A DNA stretch of 51,213 nt, from positions 1-51,213 of the IMG/VR virus record IMGVR_UViG_3300048080_000104, one strand, 5' to 3'. This DNA is from a virus. Of this stretch, positions 24,498 through 31,922 are shown one piece after another. How positions within the stretch are numbered: the stretch's first letter is position 1; each line of letters begins with the position of its first letter. A program made the position numbers and the translations under genes. A model generated the notes under the pieces. The model ran no database searches. It saw nothing but the letters and a program-made list of their open reading frames with translations, and had not been told where the DNA came from.

Positions 24498-24731
24498 ATG
24501 ACGATCAATCACATGGATGGCACTACGATCATCACCCGCACACTGAGCGGCGGGCAGGTGATCAGGATCACCGTCCCCGACTCAGATGCTGATCCGGTCC
24601 GGCTCTACGAGTCAGTGCGGAGCAGCGGCTGGGTCGAGCGGGCGTGCTCGGAAAAAATCGCGGCAACACACCGCCGAATCGCGGCGCGATCTCCGCGCGG
24701 AGAGTCCGATGATAGTGACTACACGACTTGA
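24498..24731 (+). CDS. Hypothetical protein
   Basis: ATG after GGGAGACGAGAG. 77 aa. The track ORF 24396..24731 is over-extended. Confidence 0.5.
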   Translation: MTINHMDGTTIITRTLSGGQVIRITVPDSDADPVRLYESVRSSGWVERACSEKIAATHRRIAARSPRGESDDSDYTT

Positions 24732-24912
24732 GCTTCGCGCTGCCACCCGCTGGCGCCGTCGCACGCTCACCGTCCACGAGGATCGCTGCGTCGTGTGCGG
24801 CGCGTGGACCGTGCGCGCGGGCTCTCGCCCGCGCGTCGTCTGCGGGCCGAGTCACCGGACGCAGCTGATGCGACTGCGCAAGCGCGGCGAGCGGCCGGAG
24901 TACGCCGGCTGA
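24709..24912 (+). CDS. Small Zn-finger-like protein
   Basis: ATG at 24709, 67 aa. CVVCGAW...VVCGPSH. It is the last gene of the plus arm. Confidence 0.4.
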   Translation: MIVTTRLELRAATRWRRRTLTVHEDRCVVCGAWTVRAGSRPRVVCGPSHRTQLMRLRKRGERPEYAG

Positions 24913-24919
24913 GCGGTGG

Positions 24920-25069
24920 TCATGCGTCCGCCAGCGATTCGTCCGGCGACGGCAGACCGTCACAGCCTGCCGGGCAGTACCACGCGTCAGGCCCTCCCCA
25001 GGGCGGCGACTCGAAGAGCATCACCGCTTCGCAGGTGGCGCAACGCGGCGGCGGGTAGGTGTACGTCAC
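24920..25069 (-). CDS. Small Zn-ribbon protein (49 aa)
   Basis: Found by hand. The GTG overlaps the nuclease stop (GTGA). VTYTYPPPRCATCEAVMLFESPPWGGPDAWYCPAGCDG.... It is the last gene of the minus arm. Confidence 0.35.
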   Translation of the reverse strand: MTYTYPPPRCATCEAVMLFESPPWGGPDAWYCPAGCDGLPSPDESLADA

Positions 25070-25527
25070 GGGCACCAACCAGCGCGTCGTCCGCCCTCGT
25101 ACCGACGCGCGAGTCCAGCCTCGACGAGCATCGCGCCAGCATCGCGCCGGTCAGCGACGACACGACAGAGAAGCCGACCGTATTTCTCCTGCGAGCATTC
25201 TTCGAGATCCACCCGCCGCGCCACCGTGAGCAGTGCCGCAAGCTGGTTACGCGCTTCGATCGCCTTCGCGCGCTCGGCGTCGCACTGGCCCTTGATCTCC
25301 GGCGTGTCGATGCCGTTGATCCGCACCGGCACGCGGTCGCCCCAGAGCGGATGAACGCCCGGGAGGCTCACGCGGATCGTGTCGCCGTCGATCACGCTCT
25401 CTACCACCACGTCGGCGAAGCGGTAGCCGTCAGCTCGGCAGATGCCGGCGAGCATCACGACCGCCATCAACACGACGAAGGCCGCGAGGGTGATCTCGTA
25501 GGCGTAGAGCCCGTCGGGCGCTCTCAC
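25066..25527 (-). CDS. Staphylococcal-nuclease (SNase/thermonuclease) homologue with an N-terminal signal-anchor
   Basis: The GTG at 25527 overlaps the lipoprotein stop (GTGA). TM segment ITLAAFVVLMAVVMLAGI, then VIDGDTIRV...VRINGIDTPE...KYGRLLCRV...EAGLA, which are the SNase catalytic and Ca-binding motifs. Confidence 0.8.
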   Translation of the reverse strand: MRAPDGLYAYEITLAAFVVLMAVVMLAGICRADGYRFADVVVESVIDGDTIRVSLPGVHPLWGDRVPVRINGIDTPEIKGQCDAERAKAIEARNQLAALLTVARRVDLEECSQEKYGRLLCRVVADRRDAGAMLVEAGLARRYEGGRRAGWCP

Positions 25528-25865
25528 TCGCAGTCCCGTGCGTCGATGTTCACCACCGGCGCCTCCGCCGGCGGCCCACTCCCCGGCAGCATCGACGCCG
25601 CGGCCGACACCAGCTTCCCGAGCCACTTGCCGAACGTGTCGGAGATAAACCCGCCCCGCACCTCGTTGACGACACCGCCGGCGCACTCATCCGTCTCCGG
25701 GTCGATCCCGTCGGCACAGCGGATGACGTAGCTGTCGCCGATGACGATGGTCAAGGAAGGCGGTGCAGTTTCTATGTGTGTTGCGCAGCCGGTGAGTAGA
25801 ATACTTGCAATAACTACAGAGCATGCGAGCCACCAAACACCGAGTACGAAAACTATTCGGTTCAC
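25524..25865 (-). CDS. Lipoprotein (lipobox LLTGC); o-spanin-like or exclusion factor
   Basis: The GTG at 25865 overlaps the holin-like stop (GTGA). VNRIVFVLGVWWLACSVVIASILLTG-C. The mature part is 87 aa with 3 further Cys and a PGSGPPAEAP stretch. Confidence 0.62.
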   Translation of the reverse strand: MNRIVFVLGVWWLACSVVIASILLTGCATHIETAPPSLTIVIGDSYVIRCADGIDPETDECAGGVVNEVRGGFISDTFGKWLGKLVSAAASMLPGSGPPAEAPVVNIDARDCE

Positions 25866-26062
25866 ACCTGCGCCCTCCGCAGCCCTAGCACAACAAGCAC
25901 GCCGCCCACCTTCTCGGCGCCGCTCTTGAGCATCGCGCACGTCTCGGGCGAGATCATCCCCGCCGCGCACACGGCATCGGCGCCGGCTGTTGCACCGACG
26001 AAGACGACGAGACCCCAGGCAGTCAGCGACTTGAACCAAGGCTTTCCGAATAGGTTAGGCAT
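25862..26062 (-). CDS. Holin-like small membrane protein (2 TM)
   Basis: ATG at 26062 with GGAGGAG 6 nt upstream. TM segments LTAWGLVVFVGATAG and VGGVLVVLGL, with a basic C-terminus. Confidence 0.5.
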   Translation of the reverse strand: MPNLFGKPWFKSLTAWGLVVFVGATAGADAVCAAGMISPETCAMLKSGAEKVGGVLVVLGLRRAQV

Positions 26063-26063
26063 C

Positions 26064-26270
26064 TCACTCTCCTCCAATCACCGACATCGTCGCCAGCCTG
26101 GCTTTCCACGGATCACAGCGACTACACCAGCACGGGCCGGGCGCGAAACAGACGTTGGCCGCGTACGACTCGCGGAGACGGCGCCAGAGCTGGACGAGCG
26201 GATCCGGCTCGTAGGACGACAGCCCCCAGTTGGGCGGCGGTGCGAGCGGTGCGGGAGCGTCGTCGGTCAT
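26064..26270 (-). CDS. Hypothetical small protein
   Basis: 68 aa with an ATGA overlap at its start. Confidence 0.45.
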   Translation of the reverse strand: MTDDAPAPLAPPPNWGLSSYEPDPLVQLWRRLRESYAANVCFAPGPCWCSRCDPWKARLATMSVIGGE

Positions 26271-26464
26271 CGCCAGAGCACTCCATCACCATGACAGGCG
26301 TTACACGGCCAAGGCCCTGCCGAATTCGAGGTGTACGTTTCCAAGTCTCCGGCAACATGCGGAGGACGCGATACAACACCAGATCCAACACAGACGGGGC
26401 ATCTATGCGGCACGAGCGATCCCCTCTCATCCCAGGCGTTGTGAATAACCACGTGCACGCTCAT
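26267..26464 (-). CDS. Small Zn-ribbon protein
   Basis: The ATG at 26464 overlaps the endolysin stop (ATGA). CPVCVGSG...CNACHGDG (DnaJ-type CxxCxGxG pairs). Confidence 0.45.
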   Translation of the reverse strand: MSVHVVIHNAWDERGSLVPHRCPVCVGSGVVSRPPHVAGDLETYTSNSAGPWPCNACHGDGVLWR

Positions 26465-26892
26465 CCCGGCCACCTCATCCCGAGCACCGCGGCCATCGGG
26501 AAGCTGCGCACGTTCACGGCGTCGTTCTGGTTGCCAGCGATCACCATCACCTCATCGCTACGGTAGCTACCGACGAGGAAACCCACATGCGCCTGTGCTG
26601 GGTTGTCGCCGCGCTTGAGCACCACGATCGCGCCGTAGGGCGCAGGCTTGATCTCGCGCCCCCAGGTAAGGTAGCTGCGCGCTGCGGCCGAGCGCGTCGA
26701 GTGGAAGTGGGCTTGCTCCAGGCACCAACAGACGAACGAGCTGCACCAGGCAATCTCATCTGTCGTCGCGTGCAGCGTCGTCGCCTCGTGGTAGGTGAGG
26801 ATCCGCTGCTCATGCGCCGGCCCCGGGATCTCCCGCACGCCGATGCGGGCCTCTTCCTTCGCGACGCGAAGCCATTCAGGCGTAAGAGACAT
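26461..26892 (-). CDS. Endolysin, TIGR02594 / NlpC-P60-CHAP-like cysteine peptidase
   Basis: ATG at 26892. SLTPEWLRVAKEEARIGVREIPG...IAWCSSFVCWCLE...HVGFLVG matches the TIGR02594 pattern (from memory). Confidence 0.72.
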   Translation of the reverse strand: MSLTPEWLRVAKEEARIGVREIPGPAHEQRILTYHEATTLHATTDEIAWCSSFVCWCLEQAHFHSTRSAAARSYLTWGREIKPAPYGAIVVLKRGDNPAQAHVGFLVGSYRSDEVMVIAGNQNDAVNVRSFPMAAVLGMRWPG

Positions 26893-26905
26893 ACTCACCC
26901 ACAGT

Positions 26906-27370
26906 CTAAAAAACGTGAGCCCATCGTTGCCGAAGAACAATCTTTGAAACGGTGGCGCTCGCGATTCCAAACTGTCTAGCAACCGAAGACCTGCTACGAC
27001 CCGTTTCACACTCTCGTCGGATGGACAACACAGCATCCTCGGTTAGCGTTGACATACCAGAGCTTTCACCGCGAGCGATGCGACCTTTTGAGCTGGCGTC
27101 CTTCATGTTGTCTTCGTTTGTGCCTAGGAAAAGATGGTCTGGCCTAACGCATCCAGGATTGTCGCATCGATGGAGAACGTGAAGGCCGCCCGCAATCGGG
27201 CCGACATGGAGCTTGTACGATGCCCGATGGGCCTTCACCCATCCCGGGTCATCTCGACCGCGGTTCATTACCCCATAGCCTTTCTTGCTCTTCGCACCAA
27301 TCCATTTCCAGCACCCGTTATCCGAAACAACCACCTTTTTCATGAAGCGGTCACGGAAATCATTCGTCAT
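26906..27370 (-). CDS. HNH homing endonuclease (HNH_3 type) with a C-terminal HTH
   Basis: CWKWIGAKSKKGYG...VLHRCDNPGCVRPDHLFLGTNEDN, then SVARQFGIASATVSKIV. GC is lower than in the flanking genes. Confidence 0.85.
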   Translation of the reverse strand: MTNDFRDRFMKKVVVSDNGCWKWIGAKSKKGYGVMNRGRDDPGWVKAHRASYKLHVGPIAGGLHVLHRCDNPGCVRPDHLFLGTNEDNMKDASSKGRIARGESSGMSTLTEDAVLSIRRECETGRSRSSVARQFGIASATVSKIVLRQRWAHVF

Positions 27371-27603
27371 CGAACACCTCGGACGAGAGACTCATCGAAG
27401 CTGGGCGGTCCGACCCACCCGACCAGCTCGACCCAGTACGCCTCAGAGCACGTATAGCAGAACAGCTCCAGCGTTCCGTTCTGCTCGTCGAGCTTGTACT
27501 GGCTGTTGTTCATCCCGCCGCACTCCGGGCAGCGCACCTCGAGCTTGCCGCCGACGCGCTTCCAGTCGTGCGGAGCGATTTGCCTCGGCTCGGTGCGACT
27601 CAT
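27367..27603 (-). CDS. Zn-ribbon protein
   Basis: ATGA overlaps at both ends. CPECGG...CYTC. Confidence 0.5.
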   Translation of the reverse strand: MSRTEPRQIAPHDWKRVGGKLEVRCPECGGMNNSQYKLDEQNGTLELFCYTCSEAYWVELVGWVGPPSFDESLVRGVR

Positions 27604-27839
27604 TTCTCGACCTTCCCGATGATGTCGTTAGGCACTCGCGGGATGATCCGCTCCTTGCCCGCGTCTCGCCTCTCGATCGCCATCTCTCGACACAGCTCGA
27701 ACCCAGCGCGGTAGCTGTCGCCGCGCTCCTGATCGGGAGTGCGCGACGCGGCGAACTGGAGGCCGTTTGCGGCACCCAGAGCAGCGATCAGCGCAGCGAG
27801 TAGACGCGGATCTTTGAGCAGCGCTGCGAATCCGTTCAC
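27600..27839 (-). CDS. Hypothetical protein with a hydrophobic N-terminus
   Basis: GTGA overlap at the start. FAALLKDPRLLAALIAALGAANG. Confidence 0.45.
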   Translation of the reverse strand: MNGFAALLKDPRLLAALIAALGAANGLQFAASRTPDQERGDSYRAGFELCREMAIERRDAGKERIIPRVPNDIIGKVEK

Positions 27840-28342
27840 GGTTTCTTCTCCAGCTCGTCGATCTTCTCTTGGAACCGCTCTGACCTGGCCTTCCAGTAAC
27901 GGCCGTCCGATTCCGACTTCAACGTGGTATCGAGGTCGCGCATCTCTCGCTGTAGGCGGTCGTCGAGCTCGCCGATGTTCTCGTGGTTCCGATCTGCGTC
28001 TGCCTGCTGGATTAGCTTCGCCTCTTCGAGCCTCGATAGCACGACCGGATGACCGTCGAGTCGATCGTGGTGGACGAAATCAGCCTCGACTCGCTCCAGT
28101 CGTTGCACGTACGGGAGCGAGAACCCGCCGACGATCAGCGCTAGCGCACCGATGCACGCGACGATCACCGTCAGCGGTGTTCGCGCCGCGGTGCGCGAGT
28201 CGGCCATGAACGACTTGACGTCGGACGTGAACGATTTTAAGTCATCGTGCAGCCCTGTAAGATCGCTCTCCAGCCTGATCTGTCCCTGCTCCAGCGTACG
28301 CAGGCGTTTGTCGATCGTGACCCGACCGTTCGGCTCAGCCAC
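27836..28342 (-). CDS. Coiled-coil membrane protein (central TM)
   Basis: GTG with GAGGTG 5 nt upstream. TM segment LTVIVACIGALALIVGGFSL is flanked by heptad-like charged regions. Possibly i-spanin-like. Confidence 0.55.
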   Translation of the reverse strand: MAEPNGRVTIDKRLRTLEQGQIRLESDLTGLHDDLKSFTSDVKSFMADSRTAARTPLTVIVACIGALALIVGGFSLPYVQRLERVEADFVHHDRLDGHPVVLSRLEEAKLIQQADADRNHENIGELDDRLQREMRDLDTTLKSESDGRYWKARSERFQEKIDELEKKP

Positions 28343-28346
28343 AGCA

Positions 28347-28529
28347 TCACCTCAATAGCCAGAGCAACAGTACCCCGATCATGAGCCCCACCGTAACGTC
28401 TGGCTCCGGGAGCGCAGCATCTCGGCACACACGTACCCACACGGGCTCGAGCTGGCAGACCACGGCACCGTTCTGGAGGTCCTGCGTTTCGCGCGCGAGC
28501 AGATAGCCGTCACCGTCAGCGAAGCGCAC
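28347..28529 (-). CDS. Possible small tail-anchored protein
   Basis: The start is unclear; GTG at 28529 was chosen. Hydrophobic C-terminus GLMIGVLLLWLL. The track ORF overlaps the preceding gene by 130 nt. Confidence 0.25.
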   Translation of the reverse strand: MRFADGDGYLLARETQDLQNGAVVCQLEPVWVRVCRDAALPEPDVTVGLMIGVLLLWLLR

Positions 28530-28558
28530 GAACTCCAGCGTATCCGTGGCGCCAAGAA

Positions 28559-28978
28559 CTACGGGCAGGTGCCGCACTGACTCACTCCATTGACCACGGC
28601 GCAGCTCTTGCAGCCTGCGACAAACGCGCGGACGAAGCCCTGCCCGAAGTCGTTCGCGTTGACCGCACCATTGCCGTCTCCGTCCCAACCGAACGGCTGC
28701 GTGCAGTAGACGTGATCGCTGGTCTGGCTAGGCGGACTGTCGTTGTATCCAGAGGCTTTGGTGATCGCGTAGACGGCAAGCCGGCCGGTGCAGCTCAGGG
28801 TTGTCCGGTGATCGGTGGTCGTGTCGAGCCATCGGCCCGTGTCGTCATACCACTCGTAGGTTTCTGCGCCAGCCGAGGGCAGAGCGCAGAAGTAGACCGG
28901 GCTCGTCGCGGTCCAGCACTCGGCACCTGCTGAAGTGGAGAGTGCGATCACGATCATTGCGACGGCGCTATGCCTCAT
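28559..28978 (-). CDS. Secreted Cys-rich protein F with a dockerin/EF-hand-like loop
   Basis: ATGA overlap at the start. Signal peptide MRHSAVAMIVIALSTSAGA-E. 8 Cys in the mature part. DGDGNGAVNAND motif. Confidence 0.65.
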   Translation of the reverse strand: MRHSAVAMIVIALSTSAGAECWTATSPVYFCALPSAGAETYEWYDDTGRWLDTTTDHRTTLSCTGRLAVYAITKASGYNDSPPSQTSDHVYCTQPFGWDGDGNGAVNANDFGQGFVRAFVAGCKSCAVVNGVSQCGTCP

Positions 28979-29979
28979 TCGATCTCCACGGCCTCGCCGA
29001 TCCAGAAGTTTTGGTTAACAGGTACGCGGGCCTGCATCACGTGAGACACGAATTGATGACCCGCGCAGCAAGCTCCCTCTGCGAAGAGCTGCAAGTGCGG
29101 CAAGTTCCACGAAGTCGAGCTGGGCCCTTCGCCTGCGTCGTGGTTGACGTTCAATGTCTCACCGGTAGTGAGATAGAAGATTCGGAAGCGGTAGTAGAGG
29201 TGCGTTCCGATCTGGTCAGCGCAGGCTTCGATCCGACACCAATCCGCTTGACACTTCTGATGGAATTGCGTTGGTGTGTAGTATGCCGCGCTAGGCGCGC
29301 TGTATCGTGGGTCTGCAATCTGGATGTAGGCGTCTCCCGTACCATCCGGAACGTGCTGGAGGTCCACGTGCGTCTGAGTCGCAGGCGGAATATTGGACAG
29401 CTGCAGATTCTTGAGCCGCTGCCCTCCGCCAAAACCACCGCTCGGTATCCCTGCATCGCTTGAATAACGCAGGTAGGCGCGAATACAGACCGTCTCCTCG
29501 TCCACGTCGGTGACCGGGTTGCCGTAGACGAACTGGATTCCGCCGATCTTTGTTCGGTAGACGTACGGGTTAGCCCCGCTCTGGAATGGGACACTCGCAT
29601 CGTTGGCGCGAGGATTCGATGCGGTGGTCGCCCAGTCGACGTCCCGCATCGTGACGGCTTCCGGGTCGTTCGGGTTGCTATCGCACCCCTTCGTGACCGA
29701 GTCCTGTGGATTCCAAAAGCGGTCGGGCTCTGCCGCGAGATTCGCGCCGGCATTGAGCGGCTCCGAGCATACGCAGCCATCGACGAGATCTGCGCAACGC
29801 TGCTCCATACCGACCGCCGCAGGCGGAATGAACGAATAGACCGTATCGCCCTTCGTCTCCAGGTCGCCTTTACCGACAATCCCCAGTAGCAGTAGCAGCG
29901 GCGCTAGAAAGCTAGATGCTGTCACCGCAGACCCCATTGGTGTCGATCTGACAGGAGAACGTGCCATTGAGCACTGCAC
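28975..29979 (-). CDS. Secreted Cys-rich protein E
   Basis: 334-aa ORF; the true start may be 29967 or 29937. Hydrophobic core FLAPLLLLLGIVG. 10 Cys after the signal. Confidence 0.62.
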   Translation of the reverse strand: MQCSMARSPVRSTPMGSAVTASSFLAPLLLLLGIVGKGDLETKGDTVYSFIPPAAVGMEQRCADLVDGCVCSEPLNAGANLAAEPDRFWNPQDSVTKGCDSNPNDPEAVTMRDVDWATTASNPRANDASVPFQSGANPYVYRTKIGGIQFVYGNPVTDVDEETVCIRAYLRYSSDAGIPSGGFGGGQRLKNLQLSNIPPATQTHVDLQHVPDGTGDAYIQIADPRYSAPSAAYYTPTQFHQKCQADWCRIEACADQIGTHLYYRFRIFYLTTGETLNVNHDAGEGPSSTSWNLPHLQLFAEGACCAGHQFVSHVMQARVPVNQNFWIGEAVEIE

Positions 29980-30658
29980 ACGCGGAGTCGCCCGCGTTGT
30001 CGCTGTCGCGCAGGATCAGGCACGCTGCACCGGAGCCGGCGCCACTGGTGATCGTGCCGGGGACGTTCAAATTGTTCGATGCGTCGATCGTCACGGCGGA
30101 GTTGACGATGTCGCCCGTTGTCCCGCTGAACTTTGCGACTGCGAGATCGGTACTCGTGCCAGCGCTTTTCGCGTCGAGCTCGGCTTGCGTCGCGACGTCT
30201 GCCGCGACCTCCGAGGCGTTCACCGATGCGGCCTCTAGCTCCCCGTTCGCGTCGAGATCCGTCGCCACTCCGAAATCACCAGCGTCGGGTACGTCATCAT
30301 CGACTGCGCAGTCCTGTGCTGCGTTTGCGCCATCGACACCACGCGGATAGTTCCCCACAGAGCAGTTTGCGCCATCGACACCTGCAGCGACTCCGCCGAT
30401 GGTTGTACCCGACGTCAGGTCGTTTGGTGTAGCCGTAGAGGTATCGGTGGCGAGGAGAGAGTCGATGCGCGCGTCGTCATCATCTACGCCGACTTCGATC
30501 AGTGCCCAGTTCGCGTTCATCGTCCCAGGTGACTGCACCCCTGGGTTCGGCTGTGCTGTCGTTGTGATCGAACTCGCCGCGACATCTCCAGCGATCAGTA
30601 CGGCGATTACGACCCTTCCCAGAAGTTGCCAGTGGACCATGTGTTCCCCGTCTCCCAT
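29912..30658 (-). CDS. Secreted/anchored fibre-like protein D
   Basis: Hydrophobic N-terminus LLGRVVIAVLIAGDVAASS. AVAKFSGTTGDIVNSAVTIDASNNL is a tail-fibre-type motif. 6 Cys. Confidence 0.62.
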   Translation of the reverse strand: MGDGEHMVHWQLLGRVVIAVLIAGDVAASSITTTAQPNPGVQSPGTMNANWALIEVGVDDDDARIDSLLATDTSTATPNDLTSGTTIGGVAAGVDGANCSVGNYPRGVDGANAAQDCAVDDDVPDAGDFGVATDLDANGELEAASVNASEVAADVATQAELDAKSAGTSTDLAVAKFSGTTGDIVNSAVTIDASNNLNVPGTITSGAGSGAACLILRDSDNAGDSACAVLNGTFSCQIDTNGVCGDSI

Positions 30659-31485
30659 GTGTTCACCTCACTATCGCCTGCGCCAACTTGTTCGCAGCCA
30701 CGCCACACGCTCACGTCGTCGTTGCGAATGAACGCGAGCACGTTTGGCGAACGCGCCTGCAAGTGGACGCCAACCCGCTCACCGGATCCGCAGCCAGGAA
30801 AGAAGCTGTCGCAAAGCTCCTGAGTCTTCGATAGGTCAGGACTGCCGTAAACCGTCTGCCATGTTGTTGGGTTGTTAGGTGCAGTCGCGCCCATGTTCCA
30901 TATCGCGAAGTGCGCCGTGTCGGTCGCGGCATTGTACTGCCAGCACGCTCCTAGATAGTCGCCGACGACGAACGCTCCAAGATTCCCGATCTCCTGGCCA
31001 ACCTCCAGATCCGTGAAGAACGTAAACTGTGTGCAGGGGAGCCCGTCGTAGCAGAACAGCGAGTAGTAGCTTGCGGAAACGTCCCCACTCTGGTGCCAGA
31101 TGATGAGCCCCGGTCCCGCCCAGCCGTCGCTGCCAGCGGTTCCGTGATCGAATCCTGTTAGTTTGACAGCGGCGCAACCTGCCGTCGAACCGATGTCGGT
31201 ATCGAATCGTGCGATGCCCTCTTGTCCGCTACACGCACCGTCCGTCGCTTCGCGGTCGCGCTCGATAGATCCCGATGCAGCGTGGCCCTGCACAGAACAG
31301 TCGCCTTGAGCGTCTTCGTTGTAAGTTGTCCAGCCAGTCGTCGAGCCCGAGTCGAAGGTCTGCGTAGCTCCGACCTGTTCGCAATCGTTCGGCGGCGGCT
31401 CGAAGAAGGAGCCACCGACGAGCTCCCCGGCTCCTGCAGCCGACGCCAGCAGGAGAATGAGGATGAGAGGAATAGTGGCGCTCAT
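30607..31485 (-). CDS. Secreted Cys-rich protein C
   Basis: ATGA overlap at the start. Signal MSATIPLILILLLASAAGAG-E. 10 Cys. C-terminal NTWETGNTWSTGNFW repeats. Confidence 0.68.
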   Translation of the reverse strand: MSATIPLILILLLASAAGAGELVGGSFFEPPPNDCEQVGATQTFDSGSTTGWTTYNEDAQGDCSVQGHAASGSIERDREATDGACSGQEGIARFDTDIGSTAGCAAVKLTGFDHGTAGSDGWAGPGLIIWHQSGDVSASYYSLFCYDGLPCTQFTFFTDLEVGQEIGNLGAFVVGDYLGACWQYNAATDTAHFAIWNMGATAPNNPTTWQTVYGSPDLSKTQELCDSFFPGCGSGERVGVHLQARSPNVLAFIRNDDVSVWRGCEQVGAGDSEVNTWETGNTWSTGNFWEGS

Positions 31486-31922
31486 TGTGCGCTGATCGCG
31501 CGAACATGGCAGAACGCCGCCTCAGGTGCGGTTGTCAAGCTCACCACGTCTATCTCGATGTAGCTGTCGGCCGCCCAGGGTGAGCCCGTTAGCGTTGCGT
31601 CCAAATAGGTGGTGTCGATCGCTGCCAGCGTCACATCGCCTCCGATCGTTGCGCAGCTCGTCGCGCCGGCGCCGGTGCATTGCCGGAGCTGCAACACGAG
31701 TGCAGCTACGGAGCCGCCTCGCGCCCAGCAGGACAACGAGGTACCGGTCAAGGCCCTATCGAGCCTCACAACCTGATTGACGGCCGAAGCGCTCGGGTTC
31801 GGTATCGCGAAGCTGACGGCCACCTTCTCGATGACTGCGCTGCGACTCTGCGCATTGCCGAGCGTGGGAAGCAGCAGCGTCAGCAGAAGGGTAAGAATCA
31901 AGCGCATTCTTTCAGTCCTCAC
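31482..31922 (-). CDS. Secreted protein B
   Basis: GTGA overlap at 31922, or ATG at 31907. Signal MRLILTLLLTLLLPTLGNA-Q. 4 Cys. Confidence 0.62.
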   Translation of the reverse strand: MRTERMRLILTLLLTLLLPTLGNAQSRSAVIEKVAVSFAIPNPSASAVNQVVRLDRALTGTSLSCWARGGSVAALVLQLRQCTGAGATSCATIGGDVTLAAIDTTYLDATLTGSPWAADSYIEIDVVSLTTAPEAAFCHVRAISAQ

